In this document: positions 1-14,707 of the stretch, piece after piece | How the letters are laid out: each line of letters opens with the position of its first letter | How positions within the stretch are numbered: the first letter of the stretch is position 1 | Source: Camelus ferus | Taxonomy: Eukaryota | Length of the DNA: 64,000 bases | Direction: 5' to 3' | Assembly (NCBI RefSeq): GCF_009834535.1 | Contig: NC_045696.1 | Location: forward strand, 32,986,001 to 33,050,000 | The notes under the pieces: generated by a model | Told to the model about the DNA's origin: nothing | Seen by the model: only the letters and a program-made list of their open reading frames with translations | Database searches by the model: none | Position numbers and translations under genes: made by a program

Positions 1-69
1 TCTGGTTAAACAATCTCCAGAACTCCAAAATTAGTATGGATGAAATTGATATTAAACTATTCCTCTATC

Positions 70-250
70 GGTTAGATCCAATTTATAAATTACTTTGCTA
101 GTTTTGTATCGAGGGAAAGTTACTTAAACCCTCAGCATGTCTATATCCTTATCTGTAAGATGGGAATAAAACAGTATCTCTCTCATAAACAGTTACAGGG
201 ATTAAAGGAGTCACTGCATGTGATGATCATGGAGCAGTTATGAACATAGA
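70..250 (+). mobile_element. MIR SINE fragment
   Basis: MIR core-like text: gggaaagttacttaaaccctcagc...ccttatctgtaagatgggaataa...agggattaaa. Confidence 0.65.
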
Positions 251-531
251 AGAGAAGCTGTTGTATGTGTGGTAGTTATTTTTAACAATTGCCTTTTGAT
301 TTTAAGGGCTTTGTTTTTTTTTTTTTGCCACTGATTCAAATATGCAATATTTAGTTCTTTCTGACATCAGTCTTCACTATTCTGTTCTCTTTGCCAAAAT
401 CCTAGTTCTGGTTCTTCTGTTCTCTACTTTGTTACTATTTCTATTAACGTTCTTAACTTATCTCTATACTTTTAGCTACTACTCTTTCTTGCAAGGACTA
501 ACTTATCTTTTTATATACATTTAACAGACAG

Positions 532-2037
532 TTTTTTTTTCTTTTTCTAAGTAGAGTTGATTTACAATATTGTGTTAGTTTCAAGTGTACAACAAAGTGA
601 TCCAGCTATACATATATTTTTTCCAGTTCTTTTCCTTATAGGATATTACAAGATTTTGGATATAGTTCCCTGTGCTGTACAGTAAATACTTACCACTTAT
701 CTATTTTCTATATAGTGGTATGTATCTGTTAAACCCATACTCCTAATTTATCCCTCTCCCGCTTTCTCCTTTGGTAACCATAAATTTGTTTTCTATGTCT
801 GTGAGTCTGTTTCTGTTTTGCAAATAAGTTCATTTGCATTGTCTTTTAGATTCCACATATAAGTGATATCACTTAATATTTGCCTTTCTCTGGATGACTT
901 TACTTGGTAGGATAATCTCTAGATCCATCCAGGTTGCTACAAATGACAACATTTCATTCTTTTTTATGGCTGAGTAATATTCTACTGTATGTATATACTA
1001 CATCTTCTTTATCCATTCATCCATCAGTGAATATTTAGATTGCTTCTATGTTTTTGCTATTGTAAATAGTGGTGCTATGAACATTGGGGTACCTGTATCT
1101 TTTAAAATTAGTTTTTATCTTTTTTGGGTATATGCACAGGAGTGGGATTGCTGGATCATATGGTAACTCTATTTTTATTTTTTTTAAGAAACATCTGTAC
1201 TGTTTTCACAGTGGCTGTATCAATCTACATTCCTACTGACAGTTTAGGAGGATTCCCTTTTCTCCACACCCTCTCCAACATTTATCATTTGTAGAATTTT
1301 TGATGATGGCCATTCTGACTGGTGTGATGTGATACCTCATGGTAGTTTTGATTTGCATTTCTCCAATAGTTAGGAATGTTGAGCATCTTTTCATGTGCCT
1401 GTTGGCCACCTGAATGTCTTCTTTGGAGAAATGTCCATTCAGGTCCTCTGCCCGTTTTCTGATTGGGTTGTCTGGGGTTTTTTTTATATTGAGCTGTATG
1501 AGCTGTTTTATATTTTGGAAATTAACCCCTTTTTGGTCACATCATTTACAAATATTTTCTCCCATTTCATAGGTTGTCTTTTCACTTTGTTTATGGTTCC
1601 CTTTGCTGTGCAAACGCTTAAAAGTTTCACAAGGTCCCACTTATTTATTTTTGCTTTTATTTCTTTTATCTTGGGAGACTGATTTAAGAAAATATTGCTA
1701 CAATTTATGTCAGAGAATGATTTGCCAGTGTTCTCTTTTAGGAGTTTTATGGTCTCATGTCTTATATTTAAGTCTTTAAGTCATTTTGTTTATTTTTGTA
1801 TATAGTGTGAGGAAGTATTCCAACTTCATTGATTTACATGCCAATGTCCAGCCTTCTCAACACCACTTAATGAAGAGACTGTTTTTTCTCTATTGTATAT
1901 TCTTGCCTCTTTTGTCGAAGATTAATTGACCGTAGGTAGTGGTTTATCTCTGGGCTCTCTCTTTTGTTCCTTTTATCTGTATGTCTGTTTTTTGTCAATA
2001 CCACACTGTTTTGATTACTGTAGCTTTATAGTATTGA
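532..2037 (-). mobile_element. L1 LINE 3' fragment (ORF2 C-terminus plus 3'UTR), 5'-truncated
   Basis: T-rich tail at about 532-547, then L1 antisense motifs (ttagtttcaagtgtacaac, gattccacatataagtga, ggattgctggatcatatggtaactctatttt, ggccattctgactggtgtga..gatacctcat). Confidence 0.93.
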
Positions 2038-3369
2038 ATATACAGGTTTTAAGTTGATGATAGTGTTGTTTTCTTTCAATAATATCACCTGTGCACTTTT
2101 TAGTATAATTAAATATTTCTTGCTTTCCATTTTTTTCTACCAAGTAGTTAGTTTAATGGCTAAACTTCAATCCCCTACCCAATCCCCTTGCTACTTTTGT
2201 TAAGCACAAACATGTAACCATAGTGACAGCATGTAATATGAAAACACAAGTCCAAGTAGGAAGGTTGGCAGTATTTCTTATAGGCTACATTTATTTTAGC
2301 CTATATTAAGCATTGGCTGTTAAATGGATGTGTAACAGGAAAATTTAATCATTTTTTTTCTCCCATGTGCAATTTAACACTTTAGAGATGACAGCAGTGC
2401 CTTTTAGCGAGAAACAGAGCACTATGATGAAAGAAGAATGGAAATATGATTAGGGACACCTTTTCTTTGGAAAAAGAAAGGCACCAAAAATATACTGAAT
2501 AAGGCATTAAAAGAGATGGAATTTGTATAGTTACATTTTGTAAAAAGACATACGTAACATATAAGCACACCTCAAGAGGCTAGATTTCAAATGAACAATA
2601 AATTATTGTAAGGTTCTTAGAAATGTATTTTACTTATTTCTTTTTAAGATTTAAAAATTACATTCTTTATTGGAATACCTTTAGGCATAAACTAAAGTAA
2701 AATATATCATAAGCCAAACATATACTCTCAGAGACTGCTAGAAAGTCATAACTTAGGGCTAAGATTTTTATTAGGTTGTAGAGTTTTTTCCTCTTGTGAA
2801 TAAAAAGAAAGTTCATTTTAGGAAAAATAAAACCTACATTGTTTTCTCAACTTCTTCTTAACATGTATTAAATCCACTGAGTGAGGCTTCTAGGAAATGA
2901 AGACAAACAAGTGAGCCCAGAACTCTGAGAATAAGGAGTTTTGGTTGCCCCTTGGAAGTTATGAGAGAAATTTCATGTCCAAGGAGATAGATAGGGTATG
3001 TTTTGGCTTGTCCTCAAAGCTCTTGCTGACCCAATGACAGTCTTCTGACTCAGAGTCTACCTTAACCTGGCTTCTTTGAACCTTTCCCTCTAAACTAATT
3101 AATCCTCAGGCTAGCTACTTCCTTTGAAACTTATCCTACCTGACCATAGACTAATTTCAATTATAGCTGTTCCCCCCGACTTCCCCAGCATGTCCATGTC
3201 CTGGTTCTCTAAACCATATTCTCCATAATAAATTCCTTATAATTCTAAACTCTATGCCTTTTTTTTTCTGAGCTAGAGTAAGAAAGTATACCAATATAAT
3301 AATTTAATTTAACTTAATTAACATAATTTAGTTGGTGCTTACCTCCCCTCGGCTCCCCTCCTCTGCCCC

Positions 3370-3500
3370 TGCAAAGTTTCATGAAGTAGAAGCTACTATC
3401 TTCATTTACACTTGAGGGAACTTGAATATAGCATTGTTAAGCAATTTACCTAAGGCTATACTGTTAGTAAATTACCTAGGTGGGATTTGACCCATGCCTA
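3370..3500 (-). mobile_element. MIR SINE fragment
   Basis: Antisense MIR-like: tactatcttcatttacacttgagggaacttga...ttaagcaatttacctaaggcta...gggatttgaccca. Confidence 0.5.
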
Positions 3501-4214
3501 TATGAGATTTCCATCATCCTTTCCTGCCTCTAGTGACAGATATTTGGGAATTAGTGTTAGAATAAACATTTAGCAGGAGAATCTGGAAGGTAGGACAGCA
3601 ATGTGAAAATTGTTCTTTGCTCTCCTCCATAACTGTCACTGCTTCCATAAGCTCCTGTTAGTCTCTTTGTACCAGTTTTTCAAGATAATGTTTAGTCTGC
3701 ATGTATGTGCAGCAAACGTACTTAGAATTTCTTTAGGAACTGCCATTATTGGGAGCGGGAAGGATAGCTAATAAGCTTCTGTGCTATTCTTGGTCATTTA
3801 AATTGATTGGCTAATTTGTTCTACCAGTCTTCCTGGAACTTGAAGATAATTATATTATTGGTCTTTAATCTCTAGAATCACCCCTTTCCTTTATAAAGGC
3901 AGGCATTCCAATGGCTCCTTTCCAGTTTCCAGGGAGTCTAAGTTATTGAAAATAGTTAATTAATTCACTCATAATCCAGTTCTCATCTACCCTGGAATAT
4001 ATCAACATGTGCTGCTAAATTGGACTACATAAGCAAACATTCCTTTAAACTGCCCTTCCAACCTTGTTTCCATGGAACTTTTCCTTTTCTGTGCCTTCTC
4101 ATCTATCAGAAATGAAACATTTCCTTGGACTTCCTTTTTTATTATGTGTAACTGGAATTCTTCTCTCCATACTATAGGTTTTTTTTTTTCCAGGCCAATA
4201 CATTTTCTTGTCTT

Positions 4215-4470
4215 TTCTCGATAGTAATAGTAATAATAAATAAAATTATTTTAATGAGGTGGGGGCTAAGTCCTTTATATAGGTAAGTCTATTGAATTCT
4301 TACAGCAACCTTATACAATAAATGCTATTCTTGTCCTCATTTTACACTTAGTGAGTCTCAGGGACAGAGAAGCTCATATTTGTCCTAAGTCACAACTTGA
4401 AAGTGACAAAAGTCACATTTTAACTCAGAAAGTCTGAGTCTAGAACCCACACTCTCAACCATTTGCTATG
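4215..4470 (-). mobile_element. MIR SINE fragment
   Basis: Antisense MIR-like: ttgaattcttacagcaacctt...tgtcctcattttaca...cctaagtcacaac...tctgagtctagaacccacactctcaacca. Confidence 0.6.
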
Positions 4471-4873
4471 CTTTCCAACCTCATTTTCTGAAAGTTCAAC
4501 TCAAAGAATGCAATTCATTTCAGTTCAATAAATACTTATTAAGGACCATTATATTAAAAAATTTAAAAGGCTAGTTTATATTGTAACATTCTATGTTATA
4601 TGCCTAGTTAACTTAGATTATGTGGTTTTTTCTTTCTCCTTTAGCTTTCCTGTACACACTCTGATTAATATTTTGTTTACATCTGACCTTTATAAGCATA
4701 TTTTTCTAAAATTTAGTAGTATTTTCAGTTGTGATCATTTGTTTTTAAAATAGGTAACATCTCTGCCATCCTATATAAATTAAGCATCAAGGACCTTAAC
4801 AAGTGATAATTTATTATATTATTTGTTCTTATCCTTTATAGATATCCCATCTCTATTAAGCAAATTTTCCTAG

Positions 4874-5086
4874 GCGGTTAGTTCTGAACTACCAGAGATT
4901 TTGCTCTCTAGGGAATATTTGGTAATGTCTGGGGACATGTTTTACTGTAACCACTTGGGGAATACTGGTATCTATTGGGTAGAGGCCAGGGATGCTGTCA
5001 AACATCCTATAATGCACAGGACGGCACCCAAAACAAAATAGTACCCACCTCAAAAAATGTCAGTAGTGTCAAGATAGAGAAATTCG
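4874..5086. mobile_element. MER20-like hAT-Charlie non-autonomous DNA transposon
   Basis: Diagnostic text: atttggtaatgtctggggacat...ggtatctattgggtagaggccagggatgctgtcaaacatcctataatgcacaggac...aaaatgtcagtagtgtcaag. Confidence 0.85.
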
Positions 5087-7169
5087 GAGTTCTAAGCTAT
5101 CCCTGGGGGCTTTTACATTAGCAGAGAAACTAGGAATGAACTATGTTTTTTCTTCTTAGGCAAAGGTCAGTGGTTTGATTGGCTTTATTCATACCCCACT
5201 CCAAAACCACCCCTCCAAAAAAAATCCTTTATTTCTACTGTTTGCCAGTAATTTAATTAGAAACCAATATGTTAGGTTTTCTTTCTTTAAAACATAGATA
5301 TGTTAATGATAACAGTGACTGACACAACATCTGTGAAATTTTCTATCAAAAATTTGCTTAGCTCTCAATGCTTTTACTATGCTATTGATGTTGTTTGCCA
5401 AAGTAAATATCCAGACTTCATTCATTTGTCAAAATTTGGGCATCTTTATAATGCAACCAAACATTTATCTAGTATCTTAATTTCCAGTCCCCTTAGATAT
5501 TGTCTTCTGTCATTTAGAACAAGTTTCTGGCTGTTTATGAAATTGAGTTTGCCTTTTTCAAATAGTTTGAGCACAATTGTCATTTAGTAAAATAAACATG
5601 GTTCCATTATTTCTTAACGTCTTCCTTAACAAGTATAAGATTAGACTACATCTCACAAACTCCCATTGGGCAGCACTTAAGGAGTGAGTAATATTTCTGT
5701 CTGACTAAGTCAAGTAATCCCAAATGTAAGGAATTTACAGGAAGGCATCAGGGACTGTTACAATAGACATATTGCAGTATGTCACTGGAAATCAGCAACT
5801 CCCCACATGTTTGATCAACAGCCAGATGGAAGCTTTTATCACATTTATTTAATCTGAAATCCACATGGTAATTACACTGGACCTTTGATTCAAAGCTTTA
5901 TTAGTGTCTCAAGAGAAGTCAGGAAATGAGTTTGTCAGTTGCAAACTGATGTAGTCATGACCCTCTGGGTAGACTTTACATCTATCACTGCCTAGACTAG
6001 AGTACTGCTACAAATCACATTGTACCTTAAGGAAGTTAAATAAAGTAAAAGCTTTGTTAACCTATGTAAGAGGAGAAAGGGGCTCCTGATCAGGCCAGAA
6101 TATCACTTACTCTCTTGTTCACTCGTGTTTCTCTAACTGGTCTCCCTCAATGAGTGGTGAGTGAATAAGATGTGATATAAATTACATGGCCAATGTCTCA
6201 CAAAATAAATTTATCAAAACACAAACAAAGGCATATTAAAGTGAAATATTCCCATGTTTCTAGTCTCCTCCCAGATCCTGAGTATCTGTTACACTTAAAT
6301 TTAGTGGATGTGAATATACATGAAATTTCCTTGAATTTGTGATAGGAAAAGGAAGGTATCACAAAACCTACTTTTCAGAACTTCCCAGTTAGGAAAATAC
6401 TGGATAGCAAAACTCTAGTATTCAATGAGCTAATCTTCAGCACTCTACTTCAGTAGTTTTATATAACACTAAAACATGAGTAAGCAAAGCTGAACCGTAT
6501 TAATATCTATAAAAAACATTGGAATAATATGCCTGTTAAAAGTAGATGGAGGTTATCTCTGGAGGATAGGGTAATGGAAAACTTCAAATTAACATTACAT
6601 TTTCCTTTAATATTTGTAAATTTATATTTTCATTAAATCTTTTTATTTTCAAAGTCAGAAAAAGGAATTTTAAAAAAGAAATACATACACACAACCTTCC
6701 AAGTGTTCAGTTGCACTTTTTTTTGTTGTTTTTCAAGGAAAAAATGTAATTAAAACTTTGAAATCCATAAAGCAGATGATTACTAAAAAAAATAATAGGT
6801 TTCTATTAATATAGGATAATATAACTAATGAGAAATAGGTAATTAAATCTCATGCACATTCTGAAATGACTTCAAAAATTTTATTACTTGATCAAAACTC
6901 TTTTAATGGCTATTACTGTTGTCCTAATAAACTTACATAGGATTTTTATCCTAATTAAAATGCTAATTAAAAAACATAAAATCATCCTATCAATAATTTA
7001 GCTTTTTTTTTTTTTCACTTTTAGCTAGTATTATATACACTGCAGCTATTTTGTGGCTCTCTCACATCTCAGTTGAGAATGTCTTTAAGTTTGGTGACCC
7101 CTTTCTATTGATATCACTACGATCATCTCAAATTAGGATAGACCTTGAAAAATGTCAATTATATAAACA

Positions 7170-7380
7170 AAAATAACATATATTGACCATCTACTGTGCT
7201 GGGCACCATGCTAAGAACTTCCCATGTCAAATCTCATTTCACCTTCACAAAAATGCTAAAGACAGATGATCAGTAAAGATAACATTTTATAAAAGCATAA
7301 ACCAAGGCTCAATGAGAGTAAAATAAATTGTTCAGAGTCATTCAATCCATACTTGATTGAATCCAGTCTGAGCCTCTTGG
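7170..7380 (-). mobile_element. MIR SINE fragment
   Basis: tattgaccatctactgtgctgggcaccatgctaag...atctcatttcaccttcacaa...aaaccaaggctcaatgagagtaaaataa. Confidence 0.6.
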
Positions 7381-9539
7381 ATTATAAGATTTAATTGGAA
7401 CTATGATTCACTTAGTGTCACATTTTTATGGTATCTTTGTAAAGAATTGTTTTAAGGCTCATTTTTTCCTCTATTTTGTACTTACAGCAACAAAAAAACT
7501 TATGGATTCTATATACTTAAATTTTTTTTTTATATACTTAAAAAAGCAAACACTTACAAGTCAGCAAGCAAAATGGAAAAGTGGATATTAACACTTCTGG
7601 TACTGAGCTGTCTGTAGTCTTACCATATGACCTTGAGAAAGTAACTTAGCTCTTGGTTAGTTTCTTGATGTGTTATCTTGCAAGGCCGTTTGAACTCTTG
7701 GTGAATGACAGATTCTAGGAAAGAATGCAGAAAAAGTGATTTTGTGTGGAGGTGGGAGAAAAGGGAAAGAAAGGAATGAAGCAACATTTCATTTATTATA
7801 AAAACTGAAACAATTATGCTAAATTTGCAAGTATGATTATGACTACATTAGGTTTCAACTCACAATTAGAATATGATTTATCTTTGGTTACATATTTAAT
7901 GATATTTATGAAGGACCTAATCTCCTCCTCTAAATGGTATGTATATTGCTTAAGTAGAGGAAAGATACAAGGCTCTGTCATTGAAATTCTAAAACATTCT
8001 TAGGTATTAAGTACCACTTCAAAAAGGTTTTAGGAAATGACTCTTATGACTGTATGGCATAGTTTAGAATATAGAGTACAGGTATTTAAATATTGCCGTT
8101 CAAATTTTTCTTCAGTCTATTTTGAATGACCTTAGTGAATGCATCTCAGAGCTTTTAGTTAGGTCTTTTCATTTGTATTTTTAGACTATAATGTGCTGTG
8201 TAATAATTTTTAAAATGAATAATTACACTTTATGCATAACAAGAATTTAGGCCCAGTGAATTTTAACAATGATGTAGAACAAAATTTTACATATACTCAT
8301 ACTTCATATTAACTTGTAAGGGCAGAATTATTTTATAGGTATATCTGCTACTCATTAATATTTAAGTCAGTTTTCTCTAAAGAATTTGTTACAGGTTTAG
8401 TTAGTTGCATTTTTGCATACTTATTTCTTAAATTTAAAAAATCACATTCCATTAATTCATAAATATGCAAATTTCATGTATGCTTAAATTGAAAGCGTTA
8501 TCATAACTTAAGCATGATATGTTTTGTGCAGACTTTTTCATTCGTTTTGGGAACAATGGAGTTTATTTCAAACTCACAAACATTTACACAGTTATTTCTG
8601 TCATTATATCAGTGTCTAGATCTGTAAGCTAATAATCTTTTTTTTAATTAAACTATTAATGATTAAGGATAAAGCAGCTCCACATAGGTATTAAATATAT
8701 AAATTATGTACAATGGAGGTACATCAAGAGTTAACTACACTGAAGTTTTACAGTAATATTTTCCTCAGAATTCATGTTAAAAGAGTTTGGTATAACCTTC
8801 ACCCAAAGTTCTTCCTATATTTGGTTAAGTAAGTCTATGCAATAGATCCAAGAATAGTAAGTGACATTCTGAATTGCTTTTTATAATACAGCATGTGAAA
8901 TATCCTACTGCATTTCTTTACTATAACTCATCAATTAAATTAAGAGACTGAATTTTGTTTGTAAGTCAATAATTTGAACTCTAAACATACCTCTCTTCAT
9001 TACCTTTTGGGCCTAGGTAGATTTATTTGTGATCTTGCTAAATCTAGCCATCATTTACAGCTTTGGCCATTTTGGAAATTAAATTCTGGAGTATGGGGTG
9101 AGGAGGAAATTCAGTGACGCTTCCTTCTTGACATCTCATTTCTCATTTCCTCGTGGAATGATCTCAGAAGAGAATACAACACATAGAGCAAAGAATCTCG
9201 AGAGAGGAATCCCTTCTGAAATGTGGGAAAGTTGTTCAGAAGAACATTTCTGTTTAGGCATCTGTTAAGTCAGGTAGCTACTTTGCAATACACATTAGTC
9301 ATGATCTAGTCTCTTGATAGCACTTCTCCTGTGAAAATAATTTTACACCAGTCTAATTCATCTTGCATTAGGTTCTGTTTTCAGTTTGGAGCTTGATACC
9401 TAAGTTATAATAAAAAATTATTAAAAATTTACAGTAAAATCCACTATATTTGTTATGAAAACACTATGTGATAATATTAACTTATGGATAAAATTAGTTA
9501 ATATTCATTTAACAAATGTAATTAAAGTAATTATGGTTT

Positions 9540-9715
9540 TAATAAATATTAGTGATGATTATTATCTTTTATGGGACAGGTGTTGTACTAAGACCTTTAT
9601 ATTTATTACTTCATATGATTTACACAAAAGTTCTCTGTGATTCATACTATTATTCTATGTTATATAGACTTTATATGAGGCAGAGAGAGGTTATTGATCA
9701 CACAGCTAGTGTATA
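9540..9715 (-). mobile_element. MIR SINE fragment
   Basis: caggtgttgtactaagacctttatatttattacttcat...gaggcagagagaggtta...atcacacagctagt. Confidence 0.55.
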
Positions 9716-10415
9716 AAGGACCAGTAAGGGAAGGACAGGAGAGATTTATTTTCTATTTAAATGTAATTTAGTATATTTTAAAAATAGAGTAATAATCCAA
9801 TAAGCTTAAGGTTTTAGTATTTAAAATGTGCACAAGCCTTTCACTATCGTATGTGATGCCTTTCCTAAATGGTGTATAAAGAGAACATGTAAATTATATT
9901 CTTCTGAATATTTTCATTATTGTAACTGTGGAACCGGTTCAGTGACCATTCATCGTGGTTTTAAAAACATATATGAACACAGTCAATATGACTATAATAA
10001 TTATCACCAGAATAATCAATTCAGAAATGATAATACCATGCAATTTGTTTGATTGAATTGACTGTTGATATTGATAGTACACATTTCAATGATGACTGGT
10101 TTATAAAACAAATTTTTTTAGTAGAGATAGTATTGTGTTTCTGGTGTATTGGCCCATAAAAAATAAACCTGTTTATACAAGTGATCCTTCCCCACCATTT
10201 TAAATGTTTATTCTTCCATCTCAAGAATTTCTGCATATGGACAGACATCATAAACAGTTGGTACAGACTGAATATTTTAGAATAATGTTGAACATTATAC
10301 TTTCATTGTCAAACATTTATTCTATATATTTTATAAGTATTTAAAAAATAAATCTGTCCTATTATTGTTGTTTCCCCTGGAAGCATATTTAATGCAATTA
10401 TTATCAGGTCAGCTG

Positions 10416-10449
<34 letters not shown>

Positions 10450-11134
10450 TTTGGTTTAAGAAGAAATGGGCTTAAGTCAAAACTTTACTCTTTTGCAGAA
10501 ATCATTGCATATAATTTATTTAGCCCCTAGTCTGCTTTAAAATATTTTAATTCATACTCTTCAATTTGTAAGAGTACAATGCCAAAAAAGAAATATGGCA
10601 ATGTCATAAACTAGTCATTTGTATTCTTCTTAATAGTTGTTCCCATTTATTCATTTTATGTGTGTAGACTGAGACCAGTGATGTGCAGAGTTAGGTATTG
10701 TTGACATTGAAGGCAGAAAAGTTCCAAGTTAGAAAGACACAAGGCAATAGAATAAAAAGCAGCAGCTTCTACAAATCACAGAAACAGAAAAGAAATTGGA
10801 CACTGTAGAATGAATTTGAGTATATTATTTCCTGAAAAAAACAATGTAAAACTACAAAATACAAATTTGTTTATGGTCTCTATCTGTATAAAGCTGATTA
10901 TTTTACTCACATTGTATTTCTTGAATACCTATTAGATGTGACTTATATGCACAGATTCCATATAAACTGATTTCAACAATAACTCTTTGAGGAAGGCAGA
11001 GCAGGTGTATATCCTTATTTATAGATGTAAAAACTGAAACTCTTAGAAGGTCAGACTGAGACTAGTATTTGGGTCTTACGGTTCTGAGTGTGATACTATT
11101 TTAGATCTTCTCTGATCTTAAAGAGCAATTGCCT

Positions 11135-11272
11135 TTTCATTTATTTTTATGCAATTTTAAAGGTTACTTTGCATTTACAGTTACTACAAAATATTGGCTC
11201 TACTTTTCCATGTTGTAAGTACATCTCTTACACCCAATAGTTTGTACCTCCCACCCCTCCACCCTTATATTG
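11135..11272 (-). mobile_element. Short L1 3'UTR fragment
   Basis: ttttaaaggttactttgcatttacagttactacaaaatattggct...cacccaatagtttgtacctcccac resembles antisense laurasiatherian L1 3' ends. Confidence 0.6.
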
Positions 11273-13719
11273 AGACTGTTATTTAATTCAGGTAAATTAC
11301 ACTCTCTGTCATTGTCTAACTGAGAACATAGCTGACTTTTCCAAGCAGCAAATAACCCATGGGTACCCCCAAAACTTATGTTATTCTCACTTTGATCACA
11401 TAGATAACCTTAAAAACCATTCTTCTCTCCCACACCCTTCATGTTATCAAGCAGGTAATCTGGCAAGTTCTCTCCCCTTTTGGATATCAGTGCTAACGAG
11501 GAGGTGAAGCATTTCGTGAAGGGCCCTGGCCCTAAGAGCTATGTTACTGTGCTGATTGAGAGTGCTCTCTGGAATGTTCAAACTCATCAGAGCTGAAACT
11601 TTTCCTCATTTGAAGTAATCAAGGAAATATGACCCTGAGTTCTCCAGAGAAAGAAAGATCAGTGAAATGAAGAGAATTCTGCTAGAACCTACTTTATCCA
11701 AAAATATAAATATCTTTTTAAGAGAAATCTTCTGCTTAAATGTTTGTTCTCAAGGACAAATGGAGTATCTTATCCAAGTATAAACTTTGTTTGGGCCTAG
11801 CCCTTTATTAACCGTTTAGAAATATAAGTTAGTAAAGGCAATTGTTAGGTAATTGGAAAACCTGTAAGTCATCACAAATGATGAGTAGATCTTGAGAGGG
11901 GATCATTCTCAGAAGAGAAAATCTGTAGCTCAATGCATGAAATTAGTGTAGGATGCAGCAACACTTCACTTTCGTGTCTATGACAGTCACACTTCACTTG
12001 CTGAAATGCTTTATAAATTGATTATATCTCTAAGCTAAACAACCTTGAAACACCAAATTCAAAGCAACACAAACAAAACAGTGATTTTATAATTAGTGTC
12101 AAAATCTTTCTGAATAAGAATCTATGTGCCATTAATACCTGGAAACATACGGTGGCGTTTGCTGCCTATGAGCTTGATGTAAAACAAATTTATGGTACAA
12201 TAAATACACTCTTGAGAGGAAAGGCTAAGTGGTGGGCTTGCTGGGATTTTTTTTCCTTTTATATGAAAACCTGTTGTATGATGTAGCATTAATTTAGGAC
12301 CTTTGATTTAGAGTCCCTGTATACATTGTTTATAGTAAAATTTATGTGTAAGTCACTGCATACACACAAAGAACAATATATTTTCATGTTTTCTATCCTT
12401 TAGGGATTGTTTTTAAGGTTTTTGTCAGAAACAGTAATTGTACATAAAATTAAAAGATAATAGATGACCCTTAAGTGAACATAGTGACTTATTTCTCTCC
12501 AGGGACGTTGCCAATGTCATATACTGCCAAAGGACATATATTTTTTCTGCATAAATTATGTATAACTACTTCTAATGTTTTGCCATAGTGACCCTCTTCC
12601 TGAAGCATTACTCTATTTAAAGAGGGGAAAGTTGAATCTTAAGTACATAAAAATATTCTAATTTAATGTTAGAATCAAATTATCTGAAGCATTAAGTACA
12701 AATCTAGATGAGTCATTTTTACTTAGCACTAATTTCTAAACTATTTAGATAGTAACAGTATTATTATAATTAAATAATTTCATACCATGAAGGAGTAGCC
12801 ATCCACTGTTCAGCACAGCAAATTGGTATCTAAAGATCCAAGTTCTGTCTGGAATTCAGCATAAGAATTGATTCACTCAGTTTGGTTGGTTCTAAGATCA
12901 GTGTAAAAGTGCTTTTCCAACTATATTACAAGTCTAAGACAAAACTTTTATCTTCAAGAAGATAGTTTTTAGGGGGAAGATAAAACCAGAGTAAGTGAAT
13001 TAATTCGAGAGTAAAAACTTTTGCGTTAAATAATCATGGCTGATTGACATGGAAAGACGGGTCACTGTGGTTTGGAATTCGCCTAGCCAGAGGGAAGAAG
13101 GAAAGTCTTTACAGGAGGAAGAAACAGCACTAGCAAGGAGGTCATTTAGCAGGGATGGGCATTGAATTCCTCTTCATGACAGAAGAAAAGAGAACACAAT
13201 TATGTGAAAAGATAAAACCCTAGAATATATTTTCTCAACCAACTCCTGTTCTCAAAATAGGAGTCATCTGGCACATCTTAAAAATGAATTTTCATAATTA
13301 TTTTTAAAGCTTTTCAAAAATTAATCCAAAACTTGCTTAAGCAGGCTGTCTCAGAGTTTATCAATCTTTATATTAATAATAACTCTGATTTTCTGAGTCA
13401 ACACTTTACATGGATTGAATAAAATAAGCCATTTATAATACAGAACCTGGCACAGATTAAATAAATAAATTATTCTCTCATTTAATCCTCACCCATCATC
13501 AGACTCCCACAAGTTTCATTTTATCCAATTTCATGTTATACAAATCTTCTGCTATTCCTGTCCCTTGTCTTTCAAATATTCAGACACTTAGGATGCTTCA
13601 CCATTACCACAGAGAGTAAAAGTCCTAAAAGAGTCTTTTAAAAAATCAAAAATTAAAAAAAAGAAAGCTGTGTTTTTATACACAGCAGTTTATATTTTCC
13701 AACTTCTTTCCCTCATATA

Positions 13720-13900
13720 ACTGACATTTAGATAATGCTTACCTTACAGTGTGTCAGACATTCTTCTAAGCCCTTTATGTACAGTAACAACCCTAGGAAA
13801 TAAGAAGTCTTCACATTCTACAGATGAGAAGGTTAAGAAATTGGCCCAAAGTCAACCTGATAGTAGTTAAGTGGTTTAAGGTTTGGTGTAAACAATCTGT
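13720..13900 (-). mobile_element. MIR SINE fragment
   Basis: gtgtcagacattcttctaagccctttatg...aacaaccctagg...cattctacagatgagaaggttaagaaattggcccaaagtca. Confidence 0.55.
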
Positions 13901-14305
13901 AAATCCAGGATTTCGTGAGCAATTTCTTCCACTTGAAAAACTTTCACTGACTTTTCTGCTTCATTCTACCATTTGCCTTCTACATATGTACATAATACAA
14001 CATAGTTTCACCCCAGGAATGATTTCATCTGATGCTCTTGACATCACTCACTACATCTTAACCACTACGAAACACTGGGGTGTGAGCAGAGAGAGGGTAG
14101 GGGTTTGTAGTCTAACTCACTACAGCACCTAATACAGTTGCACTAAAAGGAATTGATCTGGGCAGTCTTGGGCCTGCTTGTCTACAGGCCATTAGCTGGT
14201 GACGATTACACATTATCCAGACTTGCCCAAATCTATTTTTCAATGCCTTAAATTTTCACATAATTCAAGTGAGATAATAAATAAAAGATATCATACTATA
14301 GTTTC

Positions 14306-14707
14306 TGTGTTAGTCAGTTCAGGCTGCTATAACAAAATACCATAGACTGAGTGACTTACACAACAGAAATGTATTTCTCACAGTCTGGAGTCTGGAAGAC
14401 TAAGATCAGGGTGTCAGCTTTGCTGGGCTCTGGTTGAAAGCTTTCTTCCTGGCTTGCAGATAGCTGCCTTCAAGCTGTGTCCTCACATGACAGAGAGATT
14501 GAGAGACTAAGAGAGAGAGAGAGAGACAGAAAGCTTACTCTCTAGTATATTTTCTTAAGAGGGCACTAATCTCATCATGAAGACCTCACCATCATGACCT
14601 TATTTAAACTTAGTTTTCTCCTAAAGGCCCCATCTCCAAATACCATCACATTTGGGGTTAGAGCTTCAACATATGAATTTTGAGGGGGACATAATTCATC
14701 CACAGCA
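14306..14707 (-). mobile_element. MLT1A-like MaLR solo LTR
   Basis: TG...CA termini; 5-bp target-site duplication gtttc/atttc (one mismatch); typical ggctgctataacaaaataccatagactg and ccccatctccaaataccatcaca motifs. Confidence 0.88.

Noticed and set aside
10418..10449. 30-nt poly(T) followed by AG, a possible cryptic acceptor or retro-insert tail
   Set aside because: No convincing downstream donor, element body or TSD; treated as a simple homopolymer.
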